Shown in pieces: positions 63,265 through 64,000 of a DNA stretch of 64,000 nt. Position numbers and translations under genes: made by a program. The notes under the pieces are model-generated. The model did no database searches. It saw only the letters and a list, made by a program, of their open reading frames with translations, and had not been told where the DNA came from. Within the stretch, counting starts at the first letter, position 1. Each line of letters starts with the position of its first letter. This stretch comes from Octopus vulgaris (lineage: Eukaryota). The stretch lies in assembly GCA_951406725.2 (NCBI GenBank), contig OX597835.1, forward strand, positions 24,118,001 to 24,182,000, in the 5' to 3' direction.

Positions 63265-63712
63265 CATGGTACATTTTGGAGGACTGTAACTTCCTACATA
63301 GTACAGAGTTTCCAGTTAGATGTACCCCTTCCATGGTACTTCTTTACAGCTAAGCATACTGTATCTATCTGTTGTACCTGTTTGCATCTATAAGTACTGT
63401 ACCACCATACATAGTACCTAATTACACTTATGACTCCTGTACTTCTCTATGGCACCTAGTGTTGTATAGTACTGTACCTTTGTGGTGCCTAGTCACACCT
63501 ATGAGTACTGTACTTCTCTGGGGTACCTAGTTATAACTAGGAATATTGTAGCTTTGGTACTTAGTTACTATACTTCTTTCTCTGGTACCTAGTTACAACA
63601 AGGAGTACCGTACTGACTTTCTCTCTCTCTCTGGTACCTAGTTACACCTCTGTACCTCCCATATGGTACCTAGTTGCAGCTAGGAGTACTGTACATCTTC
63701 AGAGTACCTATT
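63265..63712. repeat. Degenerate about 38-40-bp tandem repeat ggtacctagttacacctatgagtactgtac
   Basis: About 11 diverged units upstream of the last exon. Confidence 0.75.
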
Positions 63713-63872
63713 TGTTGTGAGCGTTGTGCCTTCCACATGAAACCCAATTATATTAGCCAAGGGTTGTTATATTTCTTATGATAATACCAATTAACATCTA
63801 GACAAGAGCCCTGTAAACCCTAACAGCCCCTAATCTCTTTGTTTTTATTTATTTCTTCCCTTTTTCTTTCAG

Positions 63873-64000
63873 GTACTCACCAAAGACTCAGTGACTGTAG
63901 CAGTGGATGCAGTTGTGTACTTCAGAGTCCAGAATGCCACGATGTCCATTGCCAATGTAGAGGATGCGAATCGGTCAACTCGGCTCCTGGCACAGACCAC
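63873..64000 (+). CDS. Stomatin/band-7 exon (runs off window): VLTKDSVTVAVDAVVYFRVQNATMSIANVEDANRSTRLLAQT
   Basis: Polypyrimidine tract plus TTTCAG|. SPFH motifs LTKDSVT..VD.VVY.R and STRLLAQT. Confidence 0.96.

Overview
Repeat-rich animal genomic DNA. The SINE, MITE and microsatellite landscape looks like an octopod cephalopod genome (inference from repeat motifs). The window holds the 5' part of one + strand stomatin/band-7 (SPFH, MEC-2-like) gene. Four exons are well supported: 47156-47262, 60761-60833, 62632-62714 and 63873 to beyond 64000. A likely first coding exon lies at 742-784, giving a ~46 kb first intron, and a frame-preserving 60-nt candidate cassette exon lies at 42605-42664. 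Almost all ORFs in the supplied track are artefacts of microsatellites or SINEs. The introns hold decayed Chapaev3-, Tc1- and maT(DD37D)-type transposons, CR1- and RTE-type LINE ends, Helitron/Helentron-like elements, several MITEs, at least five SINE families and several minisatellites. The most notable observations are the candidate N-terminal alternative exons, hammerhead-ribozyme-like motifs (one next to a head-to-head tRNA-promoter palindrome), very long target-site duplications (about 41 and 72 bp), a near-perfect SINE fold-back, a SINE/LINE shared 3' tail, and an apparent CpG boundary near 15.5 kb. I cannot support a wholly new biological system from this window. All alignments were done by eye, so repeat boundaries are approximate unless TIRs or TSDs are quoted.
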